A stretch of 53,011 nucleotides of DNA from a virus (IMGVR_UViG_3300020725_000001:1-53011), one strand, 5' to 3'. Shown: positions 25,958 to 36,056, counted from the stretch's first letter. Made by a program: numbers and translations. The notes: generated by a model not told the origin, from the sequence alone.

Positions 25958-27406
25958 ATGTTAAATCCTGCTCTGTTGCCCAGTGTCGCCAATGGGCAAT
26001 CTGTTTCTGGCGAAATGTCATTTGGTGAAGTTGGTGAACTAAAGAAAGCTCTTGAAGCTGGCTATGGTTCTGATGTTGCTCAATTGCAAGGTGCTGGTGC
26101 ATTACGTATCCAGTCTCTTGAGAAAACCATGTTATCTACCATTCAAGAAAACAAGCATTTTGCTTTGTTTAATGAGATGGCAAAAACTAATGCTACTGCA
26201 ACTGTTGACGAATGGACTGAACAGTCTGGAGTTGGCGGCTTTTTGGGCGGCTCAACTAACTCTGAAACAGGTATTATTGCCGGTGCTCAAGGTCAATACA
26301 ATCGTAGGGTTGGCTTAGTTAAATACTTAATGACTCGTCGTGAGGTATCTTTCGTTTCTACTCTGCAAAATTCAATTGTAGAAGCTGAAGCAGTTGAAGC
26401 GCAAAACGGTGCTTTGCAGTTATTGACTGATGCTGAATTCTTAAGTTTTGAGGGCGATAGCTCAATCGTTCAAACTGAATTTGATGGTATTTATTCACAA
26501 ATCGCCTCTTTGGGCGACAGTGAGCATATTATTGATGCAGCGGGCGAGCCATTAAATAGCATTAGTGCTATTGACCAAGCGGCAGCATTGATCACTGGCT
26601 TTGGTAACTTTGGTACTCCAACGCATTTGTTCATGTCGCAATTAAATCAATCTGATTTCAACACCCATCTTGATCCTGCTTTCCGTGTTTCACTGAATGG
26701 CACATCTCAAGAATTGATGTTAGGCGCACCTGTTAAAGGTATTTCTACATCATGGGGCGATATTAAAACAATTCCTGATGTATTTATCCGTGATGAGCGC
26801 CAACAAAAGCCTTTTGAAGTTGAGTTCCCAACTGTAGCTTCTCAAAATGCACTTTTCAAGCCTGCTACCGTAACTGCTGTTGCAGATGCTGGCGGTGCTG
26901 ATTCTAAATGGAAAGCAAGCCAAGGTGGCAATTACTATTATGCAGTTGCTGGCGTTAATGCTGCTGGTCAGTCAACCGTAGTTGTTACAGGTCAAATTGC
27001 TGTTTCTGCTGGTGATGCAGTTACTTTAACAATTGCTCGTTCTGCTTCTGGTGCTGAGACTGGTTATGCGATCTATCGTGGTCGATTGAATGGTTCTGAT
27101 GCTGTTGATGATTTGCGTTTGATGTGCCGTATTCCTGCATCAGGCGCAACAACTACTTTTGTAGACAAAAATCGCAAGATACCAGGTACTACAAAAGCAT
27201 ATTTATTGAATATGTTGCCAGGCCAGCAAGCAATTACATGGCGTCAATACTTGCCTATGACTAAATTCCCATTGTATCCAACTAATGCAGCGACCGTGCC
27301 ATGGGCGCAATTGTTGTTTGGTTACCTAAGAATCGGCAAGCGCAAGCATCATGTTGTTATTGAAAACATCGTTCCATCAGGTGCTTTATGGAAGCCTTTC
27401 GGATAA
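25958..27406 (+). CDS. Major capsid protein
   Basis: KALEAGYG...GALRIQSLE N-terminus like SPO1/K-type capsids; FEGDS...EFDGI; followed by terminator. Confidence 0.88.
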   Translation: MLNPALLPSVANGQSVSGEMSFGEVGELKKALEAGYGSDVAQLQGAGALRIQSLEKTMLSTIQENKHFALFNEMAKTNATATVDEWTEQSGVGGFLGGSTNSETGIIAGAQGQYNRRVGLVKYLMTRREVSFVSTLQNSIVEAEAVEAQNGALQLLTDAEFLSFEGDSSIVQTEFDGIYSQIASLGDSEHIIDAAGEPLNSISAIDQAAALITGFGNFGTPTHLFMSQLNQSDFNTHLDPAFRVSLNGTSQELMLGAPVKGISTSWGDIKTIPDVFIRDERQQKPFEVEFPTVASQNALFKPATVTAVADAGGADSKWKASQGGNYYYAVAGVNAAGQSTVVVTGQIAVSAGDAVTLTIARSASGAETGYAIYRGRLNGSDAVDDLRLMCRIPASGATTTFVDKNRKIPGTTKAYLLNMLPGQQAITWRQYLPMTKFPLYPTNAATVPWAQLLFGYLRIGKRKHHVVIENIVPSGALWKPFG

Positions 27407-27431
27407 CTGATGTGATTGGTTAGCGCAAAAT

Positions 27432-27463
27432 AAGTGCCGTGAAATAAGTAGCGGCACTTTTTT
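27432..27463 (+). terminator. Intrinsic terminator after MCP
   Basis: AAGTGCCG/CGGCACTT stem plus T-run. Confidence 0.75.
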
Positions 27464-27522
27464 AGCATCTGAATTTGAGTCAATAAAGGCAAATGCCTTT
27501 GTTCTGGATTAGAGGAATAGTT

Positions 27523-27774
27523 ATGCCGCAAGTTATTTGCACTTTACCTAATGCCGCTGATGTCATTAGCGGTTACAAATTTTTACAACATCCAGAAGGA
27601 AAGATCTCTGAAGATTTGCCAGTGGATGTTGCCAATCGTATTTCTTCAATTGCTGGCTATAAGCTGGCAGATAGCAAAGCTACGCCTAAACAATCCCAAG
27701 TAGCTCAAAAGCCTAGCGTTGATGACGTTATTCATGCTGATGAAGTTACATCGGCACAACCAGCAAAAAAATAA
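27523..27774 (+). CDS. Hypothetical small virion-associated protein
   Basis: ORF with GAGG RBS after MCP. Confidence 0.55.
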   Translation: MPQVICTLPNAADVISGYKFLQHPEGKISEDLPVDVANRISSIAGYKLADSKATPKQSQVAQKPSVDDVIHADEVTSAQPAKK

Positions 27775-27787
27775 AATATAAATTTTT

Positions 27788-27819
27788 AAATGCCTAATTT
27801 TTATTAGGCGTTTTATTTT
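27788..27819 (+). terminator. Intrinsic terminator
   Basis: AAATGCCTAAT/ATTAGGCGTTT stem plus T-rich tail. Confidence 0.6.
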
Positions 27820-27823
27820 GCGT

Positions 27824-27888
27824 GGTCGTGACACGATGATGTGAATCGAAAGCAACGAGTGTCCTATTAATGGTCGTGACGAGAGTAT
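27824..27888 (+). promoter_or_regulatory. Tandem pair of putative late promoters (27824-27840, 27872-27888)
   Basis: GGTCGTGAC-AC-GATGAT and GGTCGTGAC-GA-GAGTAT. Confidence 0.72.
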
Positions 27889-27892
27889 ATGA

Positions 27893-28183
27893 ATGAGTAT
27901 CACAGAGAGCTTGGTATTAGATGATGGTCTAAGCCTAGTCCTGGATAGTGTCGAGCTTTATAGCTCACCTGGAGATTCCGTAATTAGATATGCCTTTACG
28001 GACTCTATGGAGTGGCTAGTTCAGCACAATAAAGGCACCTCTTTATTTATAGAGAGGCTTACAGATTTAGATGGATATAGGTTTATGGCATCCACAAAAA
28101 TAATTGATGACAATTCGTTTGTTGTGGAATTAACAGAAGCTACAAGTGGATTTGTCGATGTTATTTTCAATACAACATTCTGA
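27893..28183 (+). CDS. Small protein with fibre-associated WxVxHN domain
   Basis: WLVQHNKGT...IIDDNSFVVELTEATSG resembles WTVTHNFNT...IVDLNTIKIELSEAMTG in 31494. Confidence 0.6.
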   Translation: MSITESLVLDDGLSLVLDSVELYSSPGDSVIRYAFTDSMEWLVQHNKGTSLFIERLTDLDGYRFMASTKIIDDNSFVVELTEATSGFVDVIFNTTF

Positions 28184-28395
28184 TGGAGCGACGAATGGAT
28201 AAGTTTTCATGTAAGGAGTTACACCTTGCTGCATTTATAAAAAGTAATGGCGCAGAATTTTTAGGCTTTGAGAGCGGATCGTTTGTTTTCGAGAGCGATA
28301 AATCATTAGGCCAGTGGAGAGTGGAGCACAGCAATAGCTGTTGTCGCCGAGTGGATCAAGAACTTATTAACCTTCGCAAATTTTTAAAGAGATAA
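28183..28395 (+). CDS. DUF5659-like small protein
   Basis: KELHLAAFIKSNG...FVFE pattern. Confidence 0.5.
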   Translation: MERRMDKFSCKELHLAAFIKSNGAEFLGFESGSFVFESDKSLGQWRVEHSNSCCRRVDQELINLRKFLKR

Positions 28396-28399
28396 AAAA

Positions 28400-30760
28400 A
28401 TGGCACAATTTCCAAGAATTCACGGCATTAACCTTGCTAATAATAGCTGGATCGAAAATCTTAACGTAGAGCGTTTGGCAGCTGATCCAGTTCCCGCTCA
28501 GCCTGGTAGAGTCTGGTTTAATACAGCTGAAAGAAATTTTAAATATTCATCATTAGATGCAAATGGTGCGGTAATTATACGCGCATTTATTCTTGATTCT
28601 GATGTTGCTAGCGCATTGGCATCAGCTGAGTCATATACTGATACAAAAATTGCTCAGTTAGTAGATGCAGCTCCTGCATTATTAGATACTTTGCGTGAAC
28701 TTGCTCAAGCAATTGCTAACGATCCTAATTTTGTTACTACAATCTTAAATGATATTGCCCAGGCAAAAGCTGATTTGCAAGTTGAAGTTGATGGCTTATC
28801 GGCTGCTTTGGCTGCTGAAGTTGCTCGCGCTTCTAATGAAGAAAGCGTTTTGCAAGTTGCTATCAACACCGAAGAATCACGCGCTATATCTGCTGAAAGC
28901 GCATTAGATTCTCGCGCTACTTCATTAGAAGGTCGCGCAACAAATCTTGAATCAGGTTTGGCTGCAGAGGTTTCTCGTGCAACTGGCGCTGAAAATACTC
29001 TTCAAAATAATCTTGATGATGAGGCTGCTACTCGTTTAGCTAATGATAACACTCTGCAATCTAACTTAAATAAAGAGATTGCTGATCGTTCGTCAGCTAT
29101 TACTGCTGCAACAAATTCATTAAACGCAGAAGTTGCTCGCGCTACAGCTGCTGAAAACCAAGTTGCTTTAGATTTATCTAATGAAGTAACTCGCGCAACA
29201 GCTGCTGAGGCTGGTTTAACTGCTGCCGTTGCATCTGAATCAACTCGCGCTCAAGCTGCTGAAAGCAATTTATCTGCTGAGATTGCTTCTGAGACTTCGC
29301 GTGCTCAAGGCGCTGAAAACCAGCTAACAACTAATCTGTCTGCTGAAGTTGCTCGCGCTCAATCAGCTGAGTCTGCAATTACTTCTAACTTAACTGCTGA
29401 AGCTCAACGTGCAACAACTGCTGAAGCTGGCTTATCTGCAAGCATTTCTACTGAAGTATCGCGCGCTCAATCTGCTGAAAATACATTAACAAGTAATTTG
29501 GCTGCTGAAACTTCACGCGCACAAGGTGCGGAAGCCAAATTAACTTCTGACTTATCTGCGGAAGTAACTAGAGCTACTGCAGCGGAAGGCGTCTTAACTA
29601 CTGGCTTAAATGCTGAAGTTATTCGTGCAACTGCAGCTGAATCTGCGTTAGGTCAACGTATTGATAATGTTATTTCTAATACTGATCCTGCCGCAATTGA
29701 TTCTATTTCTGAGTTATTGTCTTTAATCAACAAAGACGATGCTGACTTATTGGCGTCAATCAATACGATGTCTACAAGCGCGGCTTCTGCACTTGCTGCT
29801 GAAGTAGCTCGCGCTAAAGCTGAAGAAGCTACACTACAAGGCAGTGTAAATGCAGAAGTGATTCGTGCGACTGCAGCTGAAGGTATTTTAACTGCGGCTT
29901 TAGCTCAAGAAGTTCTTGATCGTACTGCTGGCGACTTAGCTAATTCTAATGCAATTTCCGCTGAAACAACTCGTGCAACAGCTGCAGAAGGTGTTTTAAC
30001 TACTGGCTTGACATCTGAAGTTACTCGCGCTCAAGCTGCTGAAAGCAATTTATCTGCTGAGATTGCTTCTGAGACATCTGCTCGTATTGCTGTCGACTCT
30101 GCTTTAGACACTCGCGTAACGACTGTTGAGGGTCAAGTTAACGGCAAAATTGGCGACCTAACTACTTTAGCAACTAATGCTAAAACTACTTTAGTAGCTG
30201 CGGTTAATGAAGTAGATGCATTAGCTTTACAAGTTAAGTCTGATCTTGCAGCAGAAGTAGTTAGAGCAACGACTGCAGAAGCTTCTGTACAAGCAGCAGC
30301 TGCGGCTGATGCAACAGCTAAAGCTAGTGCGGCTCAAGCAGCAGCGCAAACTTACGCTGATGGCTTGGCTGCAAATGAAACAGCTGCGTTGCAAGCGGCT
30401 AGCTTGGCTTTGACTAACGAAATCAATAACGAAGTTACCAGAGCAACTGCTGCTGAGGCAACTTTGACAACTGGTTTGTCTAATGAGGTTGCGGCACGTA
30501 CTGCTGCTGATACTCAGATCCGTTCTGACATCAATGCAAACATCTTTACATTCCAGTCAGGTGTTTCTGCAACTACTCACGTTGTTGCTCATAACCTAAA
30601 TGCTGATTTTGTAGACTTTACTGTACTTACTCAAGGCGCAGATGGCGTTTATAGAAATGACATCGTTTGCGTTGAAGAGACTAATGGCAATACATTGACT
30701 GTTTATTTATCAGATGCTTCAAAAGTTAAGGTTGCTGTACAAGCAATAAAATCTATTTAA
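28400..30760 (+). CDS. Long coiled-coil fibre protein with ~18-residue AEVxRAxxAE repeats
   Basis: Many ExxRAxxAE repeats; APALLDTLRELA knot; C-terminal VAHNLN domain. Confidence 0.8.
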   Translation: MAQFPRIHGINLANNSWIENLNVERLAADPVPAQPGRVWFNTAERNFKYSSLDANGAVIIRAFILDSDVASALASAESYTDTKIAQLVDAAPALLDTLRELAQAIANDPNFVTTILNDIAQAKADLQVEVDGLSAALAAEVARASNEESVLQVAINTEESRAISAESALDSRATSLEGRATNLESGLAAEVSRATGAENTLQNNLDDEAATRLANDNTLQSNLNKEIADRSSAITAATNSLNAEVARATAAENQVALDLSNEVTRATAAEAGLTAAVASESTRAQAAESNLSAEIASETSRAQGAENQLTTNLSAEVARAQSAESAITSNLTAEAQRATTAEAGLSASISTEVSRAQSAENTLTSNLAAETSRAQGAEAKLTSDLSAEVTRATAAEGVLTTGLNAEVIRATAAESALGQRIDNVISNTDPAAIDSISELLSLINKDDADLLASINTMSTSAASALAAEVARAKAEEATLQGSVNAEVIRATAAEGILTAALAQEVLDRTAGDLANSNAISAETTRATAAEGVLTTGLTSEVTRAQAAESNLSAEIASETSARIAVDSALDTRVTTVEGQVNGKIGDLTTLATNAKTTLVAAVNEVDALALQVKSDLAAEVVRATTAEASVQAAAAADATAKASAAQAAAQTYADGLAANETAALQAASLALTNEINNEVTRATAAEATLTTGLSNEVAARTAADTQIRSDINANIFTFQSGVSATTHVVAHNLNADFVDFTVLTQGADGVYRNDIVCVEETNGNTLTVYLSDASKVKVAVQAIKSI

Positions 30761-30787
30761 ACAAGTCCCGCTGTAGTAACAGCGCCG

Positions 30788-30982
30788 GTGGTAATTCCAC
30801 CTGTTGTAACAAAAACAGCGGTCTCTGTGGAGACTGTATATATAGGATGGTTATCTGCTGCCGATCAAGCGGCACTCCATCTTAAATATGACACCTATCA
30901 TCCTAATGGTAGTGTTAGTTGGTCTCCATATTGGATAAAGAAAACAACGTATAGCGATGGATCAATTTCCTACACTATATAA
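30788..30982 (+). CDS. Hypothetical protein
   Basis: Short ORF only. Confidence 0.35.
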   Translation: MVIPPVVTKTAVSVETVYIGWLSAADQAALHLKYDTYHPNGSVSWSPYWIKKTTYSDGSISYTI

Positions 30983-31007
30983 GTTAATGTTCAAAAAATA
31001 AGGTTAG

Positions 31008-31041
31008 ACGGTGGGTTGGGCAACTTGCTCACCGTTTTTTT
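31008..31041 (+). terminator. Intrinsic terminator
   Basis: ACGGTGGG/CTCACCGT stem plus T-run. Confidence 0.65.
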
Positions 31042-31065
31042 AAAAGTGCTTGTGACTGTGCTGTT

Positions 31066-31272
31066 ATGAAACAAATGCCGAATGTTTGGTTAGACACTTT
31101 AACCACTTTTGATGACGCTTTAGTACATATTGAGGGGTGTCTTAATACGCTCAAAGAAAACGCCATTGAGGCTGATTTTTATAAAAAGCCAGTCAGAGAG
31201 CAGTTTAAAAATGACGTTATTTTTATGAAGCAGTTTTTTGAAAAAGCTGAATCCTTGTCAAGGGCGAATTAA
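31066..31272 (+). CDS. Hypothetical protein
   Basis: ORF coupled (TAATG) to next gene. Confidence 0.5.
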   Translation: MKQMPNVWLDTLTTFDDALVHIEGCLNTLKENAIEADFYKKPVREQFKNDVIFMKQFFEKAESLSRAN

Positions 31273-31475
31273 TGAAAGAACACCACTTAAATCATCATAT
31301 ATATGGATGGCTAGAGAAGATCCAGGAGAATATTGATACGTTTAAATTAAGGAGCGATGTAACTGATACTGAAAAATTGACGTTTATTTCTCATCAATAT
31401 CATTTGGTCATGCTGATTTATAAGACGCTTAACGGGCAAGCAATTTATGTTGGCGCTAAAAAACCAGCATCCTAA
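31272..31475 (+). CDS. Hypothetical protein
   Basis: ORF coupled to previous gene. Confidence 0.5.
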   Translation: MKEHHLNHHIYGWLEKIQENIDTFKLRSDVTDTEKLTFISHQYHLVMLIYKTLNGQAIYVGAKKPAS

Positions 31476-31493
31476 TAAATAAAGGAAATAAAT

Positions 31494-33599
31494 ATGTCAA
31501 TTCGTGTTTTAGGTGACTTAGAACTTTCCGGCGTACTTCGTTGGAAAAAGAACCTTTCTGATTTTCCGTTAAACCCTGAGCCCTATACGCTTATCACAAA
31601 AGACGGTATTCCGTACTTTTACACTGAGCTTGTTAATAATTCAGGTTTTTTCTCATGGCAACCTATTGGCATTAAGCAAGCATCTTACTTGCATGTTCAA
31701 GGTGTTGCTTCATCGTTGTGGACAGTAACCCACAATTTTAATACAACAGATTTTGCTTATTTTATCTATGACAGCAACCACAATTTAATGATTGCGGATA
31801 TTGCTATTGTTGATCTAAATACCATAAAAATTGAGTTATCTGAGGCAATGACGGGAACGGTTGTTCTTTTCTCAATGCAATATTTAAACTCAACAACTGT
31901 TTCTGCAACACAGCAATTAAACCTAGGCTCTGCCGTGTTAACCAGTAATGCTGGCGTGCTAGAGATTAATAACAATCCCGTTGCATTTACGCAATATGTT
32001 GATGCTCAAGATGCAGTGCTAGGCGCTAGAATCGATAATTTGGTTAGCAATGCTGATCCTTCTGCAATCGACAGTTTATCTGAAATTGTTGCAGCATTTA
32101 GTAATGCTGATGGTGATTTAAGTGCGGCTATTTCATCAATGAGCACTAGTGCTGCTTCTGCTCTGGCTGATGAGTCTACAAGAGCACAAATAGCTGAAAA
32201 TTCATTACAGAGTGCATTAGATATTGTCAATTCTGTTCTTGTAACTAAGGCTGATTCAGCTATTGTTGATGCGCAGATCTCAGCATTAGAGGCTCAAATA
32301 CTTTCAAATATTCAGGTTTCTAACTCTTCATTATCTAATAGTATTCCAACAGCTGTTAGTCAATTGATTAATGATGCCAATTATCAAACCGCAAGCAATG
32401 TCAGCGCCTCAATTGCTGCAGGAATCTCTGGCAAAGCTAATGCGTCATCTTTAGCTACAGTTGCAACATCTGGTTCATATTTGGATTTGATAAATAAACC
32501 GACCATACCTGTTGTTCCAGTTAATGTTTCTGCATTTATTAATGATGCTGGTTATCAAACATCAGCTCAGGTTGCCAGTGCTATTGTTTCAGCTTCAGCT
32601 TCTGCTACTGGTAGTTCCTCAAATAATTTTGCTGTAAATACATTAACCGTGTCAGGCAACATTATGCCTGCGGTATCTGGGGTGTCTAATATTGGTTCGC
32701 CGACTGATAAATTTGATGCGATCTATACTAAAGAGCTTCATTTAGATGCCAATACTTTGTATTTGAATGGCGTTCCTGTTCTTGGTTCTACTGCAGCAAC
32801 AATGAATTTTACTGCTGATGTAAATCAAGGCATTACTATTTTAACAAGTGGTACAGGTGAAACAGTTCTTAATTCACAAGCGGCCACTATTATTCAGGCT
32901 AACGGTCAAAATGCGGATGTAGTTGTACAGTCTGGCGGCCAAGGCTCAATGACGCGCATATCATCATCAACTCAAGTTGTTTTGACCGCTCCTGTCGTCA
33001 ACATTCAAGGTGATCAAAGTATATCAGGTGCATTAACTGTTGCCGGCAACTTTTCCGTTAATGGCACAACAACTTTTGTTAATACGGCAAATATGTCAAT
33101 TAAAGACAATATTATTACTGTAAACAAAGGAGAGGCTGGATCTGGCGTCTCGTTGCGCTATGCCGGTATTGATGTTGATCGCGGTGATTTGGCTAGGCAA
33201 AGATTGGTATGGGATGAAACTGTTGGTAAGTGGGTTGCCGGGCAAACAAACCAAGAAGTTGCATTGGCAACTGAGCCATTTGTGACAGCTGCTATTGCCT
33301 CATCAACATCTAGCGTTTCTAAATCAAGTCTAGGCTTAAGTAATGTAGACAACACCTCGGATGCCAATAAGCCTGTATCAACTGCCACTGTTGCAGCTAT
33401 TTCAGCAGAAACATCCAGAGCAGTTTCTGTAGAGAGTGCGTTGAGAAGTGATTTGAATGCTGAAATCACAAGAGCAGAAGCAGCTGAGGCTTTGTTTTCA
33501 CAGCAAGCTAATACTTACACTAAATCAGAGGTTGACGCAGCTATTGCTGCCGCAATTACAAAGGCATTGTCTGATTTTGCAGCTACTTTATACGATTAA
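31494..33599 (+). CDS. Fibre protein (modular)
   Basis: WTVTHN domain, DPSAIDSLSEI knot, LATVATSGSYLDLINKPTIP, LTVAGNFSVNGTTT, LGLSNVDNTSDANKPVST fibre motifs. Confidence 0.8.
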   Translation: MSIRVLGDLELSGVLRWKKNLSDFPLNPEPYTLITKDGIPYFYTELVNNSGFFSWQPIGIKQASYLHVQGVASSLWTVTHNFNTTDFAYFIYDSNHNLMIADIAIVDLNTIKIELSEAMTGTVVLFSMQYLNSTTVSATQQLNLGSAVLTSNAGVLEINNNPVAFTQYVDAQDAVLGARIDNLVSNADPSAIDSLSEIVAAFSNADGDLSAAISSMSTSAASALADESTRAQIAENSLQSALDIVNSVLVTKADSAIVDAQISALEAQILSNIQVSNSSLSNSIPTAVSQLINDANYQTASNVSASIAAGISGKANASSLATVATSGSYLDLINKPTIPVVPVNVSAFINDAGYQTSAQVASAIVSASASATGSSSNNFAVNTLTVSGNIMPAVSGVSNIGSPTDKFDAIYTKELHLDANTLYLNGVPVLGSTAATMNFTADVNQGITILTSGTGETVLNSQAATIIQANGQNADVVVQSGGQGSMTRISSSTQVVLTAPVVNIQGDQSISGALTVAGNFSVNGTTTFVNTANMSIKDNIITVNKGEAGSGVSLRYAGIDVDRGDLARQRLVWDETVGKWVAGQTNQEVALATEPFVTAAIASSTSSVSKSSLGLSNVDNTSDANKPVSTATVAAISAETSRAVSVESALRSDLNAEITRAEAAEALFSQQANTYTKSEVDAAIAAAITKALSDFAATLYD

Positions 33600-33635
33600 T
33601 TTTTTAGATAACTTACATCAATTTAGGAACATAAA

Positions 33636-34535
33636 ATGAGTACAACAATTGTAACAAGAGCATCAAAGGGAAGCCGTTTATCTTTTACTGAAATGGATAG
33701 CAACCTTACTAATTTGCAAGCTACTGCAGATGCGGCTGCATCTCAAGCGAATACTTATACAAAAACACAGGTAGACGCTAATGTAGCTGTAGTTGCTGCC
33801 AGTGTTTCTGCAGAAACAAGTAGAGCAACAGCGGCTGAAGCATTAAAGGCTCCTTTGGCGTCACCAACATTTACCGGTACTGTTAGCGGTGTTACTGCAG
33901 CAATGGTAGGCTTAGGTAATGTCAACAATACGTCCGATACTGCTAAGCCTGTCTCTACTGCTACTGCTGCAGCGATTGCTGTTGAAACATCAAGAGCCCA
34001 AGCAGCTGAGGCACTATTAGCGCCACAGGCGACTACCTATACTAAAACCGAAACTGACGCCAAGATCCAAGCTGTTGTCGGCGCAGCTCCTGCTGCTTTA
34101 GACACATTAGTTGAGATCGCTACACAGCTTTCTTCTGATGAGTCTGCTGCTGCGGCTTTGACTACTGCTGTTTCTTTGAAAGCACCTTTAGCGTCACCAA
34201 CATTTACAGGCACAGTATCTGGCATTACTGCCGCCATGGTTGGGTTGGGTAATGTTAATAACACGTCTGATTTAGCAAAACCTGTATCTACTGCTACAAC
34301 TACAGCAATTGGCGTTGAAACTACAAGGGCGACTGCGGCTGAAGGTACTTTAACAACAAATCTAGCGGCTGAAGTTTCAAGAGCTCAAGCTGCAGAAGCT
34401 TTATTGGCTCCACAAGCGACTACCTATACTAAAACGCAAGTAGATTCTGCGATTGCAGCTCTTTATACAAAAGCTCAAGTTGATGCGGCTATTGCCACAG
34501 CTATTACTAACTTTGCAGCAACTTTATACGTTTAA
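33636..34535 (+). CDS. Short fibre protein
   Basis: TRASKG..LSFTEMDSNL N-terminus; KAPLASPTFTG and VGLGNVNNTSD repeats; APAALDTLVEIA. Confidence 0.8.
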   Translation: MSTTIVTRASKGSRLSFTEMDSNLTNLQATADAAASQANTYTKTQVDANVAVVAASVSAETSRATAAEALKAPLASPTFTGTVSGVTAAMVGLGNVNNTSDTAKPVSTATAAAIAVETSRAQAAEALLAPQATTYTKTETDAKIQAVVGAAPAALDTLVEIATQLSSDESAAAALTTAVSLKAPLASPTFTGTVSGITAAMVGLGNVNNTSDLAKPVSTATTTAIGVETTRATAAEGTLTTNLAAEVSRAQAAEALLAPQATTYTKTQVDSAIAALYTKAQVDAAIATAITNFAATLYV

Positions 34536-34857
34536 TTTTTCCCGAGTGGGTAGCAAGCTACCCACTCCATTCTCTATTATTGGAGCCTAAAAATGAGTAC
34601 AACAATTGTAACAAGAGCGTCAAAAGGTGGCCGATTATCTTTTACAGATATGGACAACAACCTTATTAATTTACAAGCTACTGCAGATGCAGCTGCTCCT
34701 AAAGCCTCCCCAACATTCACTGGCACTGTTTCAGGAATTACAGCAGCCATGGTTGGGTTGGGTAATGTTAATAACACGTCTGATTTAGCAAAACCTGTAT
34801 CTACTGCTACAACTACAGCAATTGGCGTTGAAACTACAAGGGCGACTGCGGCTGAAG
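34233..34857 (+). repeat. Exact 112-nt direct repeat (34233-34344 and 34746-34857)
   Basis: GCCATGGTTGGGTTGGGTAATG...GCGACTGCGGCTGAAG identical in two adjacent fibre genes. Confidence 0.85.
34544..34567. other. Perfect intergenic hairpin without U-tail
   Basis: GAGTGGGTAGC-AA-GCTACCCACTC. Confidence 0.6.
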
Positions 34858-34949
34858 CAACACTAACTACTGCTCTAAATGCTGCTGTAGCGCGTATTAC
34901 CGCTTTGGAAAATGCATTGTTGAGCATTACTTGGTCAACATCAATCTAA
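34593..34949 (+). CDS. Mini fibre protein, paralog of 33636
   Basis: Same MSTTIVTRASKG N-terminus and one repeat unit. Confidence 0.75.
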   Translation: MSTTIVTRASKGGRLSFTDMDNNLINLQATADAAAPKASPTFTGTVSGITAAMVGLGNVNNTSDLAKPVSTATTTAIGVETTRATAAEATLTTALNAAVARITALENALLSITWSTSI

Positions 34950-34967
34950 TTAATTGAGGGGTTATAG

Positions 34968-36056
34968 ATGCCAATTATTAGAGATCAAGATCAAACTGTA
35001 TCGCTTACCTTACGTTCAGGCGGGGCTGCGATTACTATTGATCCTACAGCATCTGTAACTGTTCAGTTATTTGCGGCCAACGGAACTACGTCTATTTCTG
35101 GCGTGGTTTCTGTTGATCCGTATGCGATAGGGGCTAATTGGGCGCATGGTATTGTGGTCGTTGATTTGACGGCTGAGGATACGATTAATGTTATGCCTCC
35201 GTCTGTTGTTTTCTTAGTTACGGCCAAGATCAATGGACATACTAAAGTGTGGTCTGCTTCTGTGCAGTCTATAGATAGTGCGCCTGTTGTTATGTCTGCA
35301 TTAAGTGATAAAACGACAGCCATTAGTAGATTAAGATCGGCTTTAATGCTAGGTGTAGCAAGTAAGCTCAATGTTGATACTTCGTTAATTCTTGATGATG
35401 AATTATGGGATTATTGGAATGCTGCTGAGGCTGACGCGCAAAGACGATTAGCCGTCCCTTTGCAACCTACACAAATATTTGATCATCAACCGACTCAGGA
35501 TGAGATTAGCTCATTGGCGGGAATGCCTTATATGGTTGAGCCTGGCTATGATATGCCACCCGATTTTTTTGGATCGCAATCTTGGGGAGCGATTAAGTTA
35601 CGCTATTGCCCTGCGATTCAGGTACAGAGAGTAAGGCTTATTTATCCTTCAATGGAAACGCAAATGTTCGAGATTCCGTTGAACTGGATTAAGTTAGATA
35701 ACAAATACGGAATGATACATATTATCCCGGGTCCAAATCTAAATACTGCGCCATTGTCTATTTTTATGATGCAGGCGATAGCTTCAGGTGTGCAAATACC
35801 ACATGTGTTACGCATAACCTATCAAGCTGGCATTAATGGACAAAGCCCTGAGTTTTACGATTTAGCTGACTTGGTTAAGCAAATGGCGTTACTGCGTATT
35901 ATGCAAAATGCTTTTGCACCTATGTCTGGTTCAATATCGGCTGATGGTTTGAGTCAGTCCTATTCGATGGATATTATCAAATTTCAAGATGATATTGAAA
36001 GGCGTTTAAGCGTTATTCGTGAGCGTTTAATTGGCCCTACTTGGGGTGTTTTGTAA
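34968..36056 (+). CDS. Head-tail adaptor/neck protein with extra N-terminal domain
   Basis: AEADAQRRL, ITYQAG, SISADGLSQSYS motifs; position. Confidence 0.7.
   Translation: MPIIRDQDQTVSLTLRSGGAAITIDPTASVTVQLFAANGTTSISGVVSVDPYAIGANWAHGIVVVDLTAEDTINVMPPSVVFLVTAKINGHTKVWSASVQSIDSAPVVMSALSDKTTAISRLRSALMLGVASKLNVDTSLILDDELWDYWNAAEADAQRRLAVPLQPTQIFDHQPTQDEISSLAGMPYMVEPGYDMPPDFFGSQSWGAIKLRYCPAIQVQRVRLIYPSMETQMFEIPLNWIKLDNKYGMIHIIPGPNLNTAPLSIFMMQAIASGVQIPHVLRITYQAGINGQSPEFYDLADLVKQMALLRIMQNAFAPMSGSISADGLSQSYSMDIIKFQDDIERRLSVIRERLIGPTWGVL

Noticed and set aside
31048-31064. GCTTGTGAC after a terminator as a twelfth late promoter
   Set aside because: Two mismatches, and the hexamer TGCTGT lacks the conserved A
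28400-34949. Diversity-generating retroelement acting on fibre repeats
   Set aside because: No reverse transcriptase in the window, and repeats are identical or differ at synonymous sites rather than only at adenines
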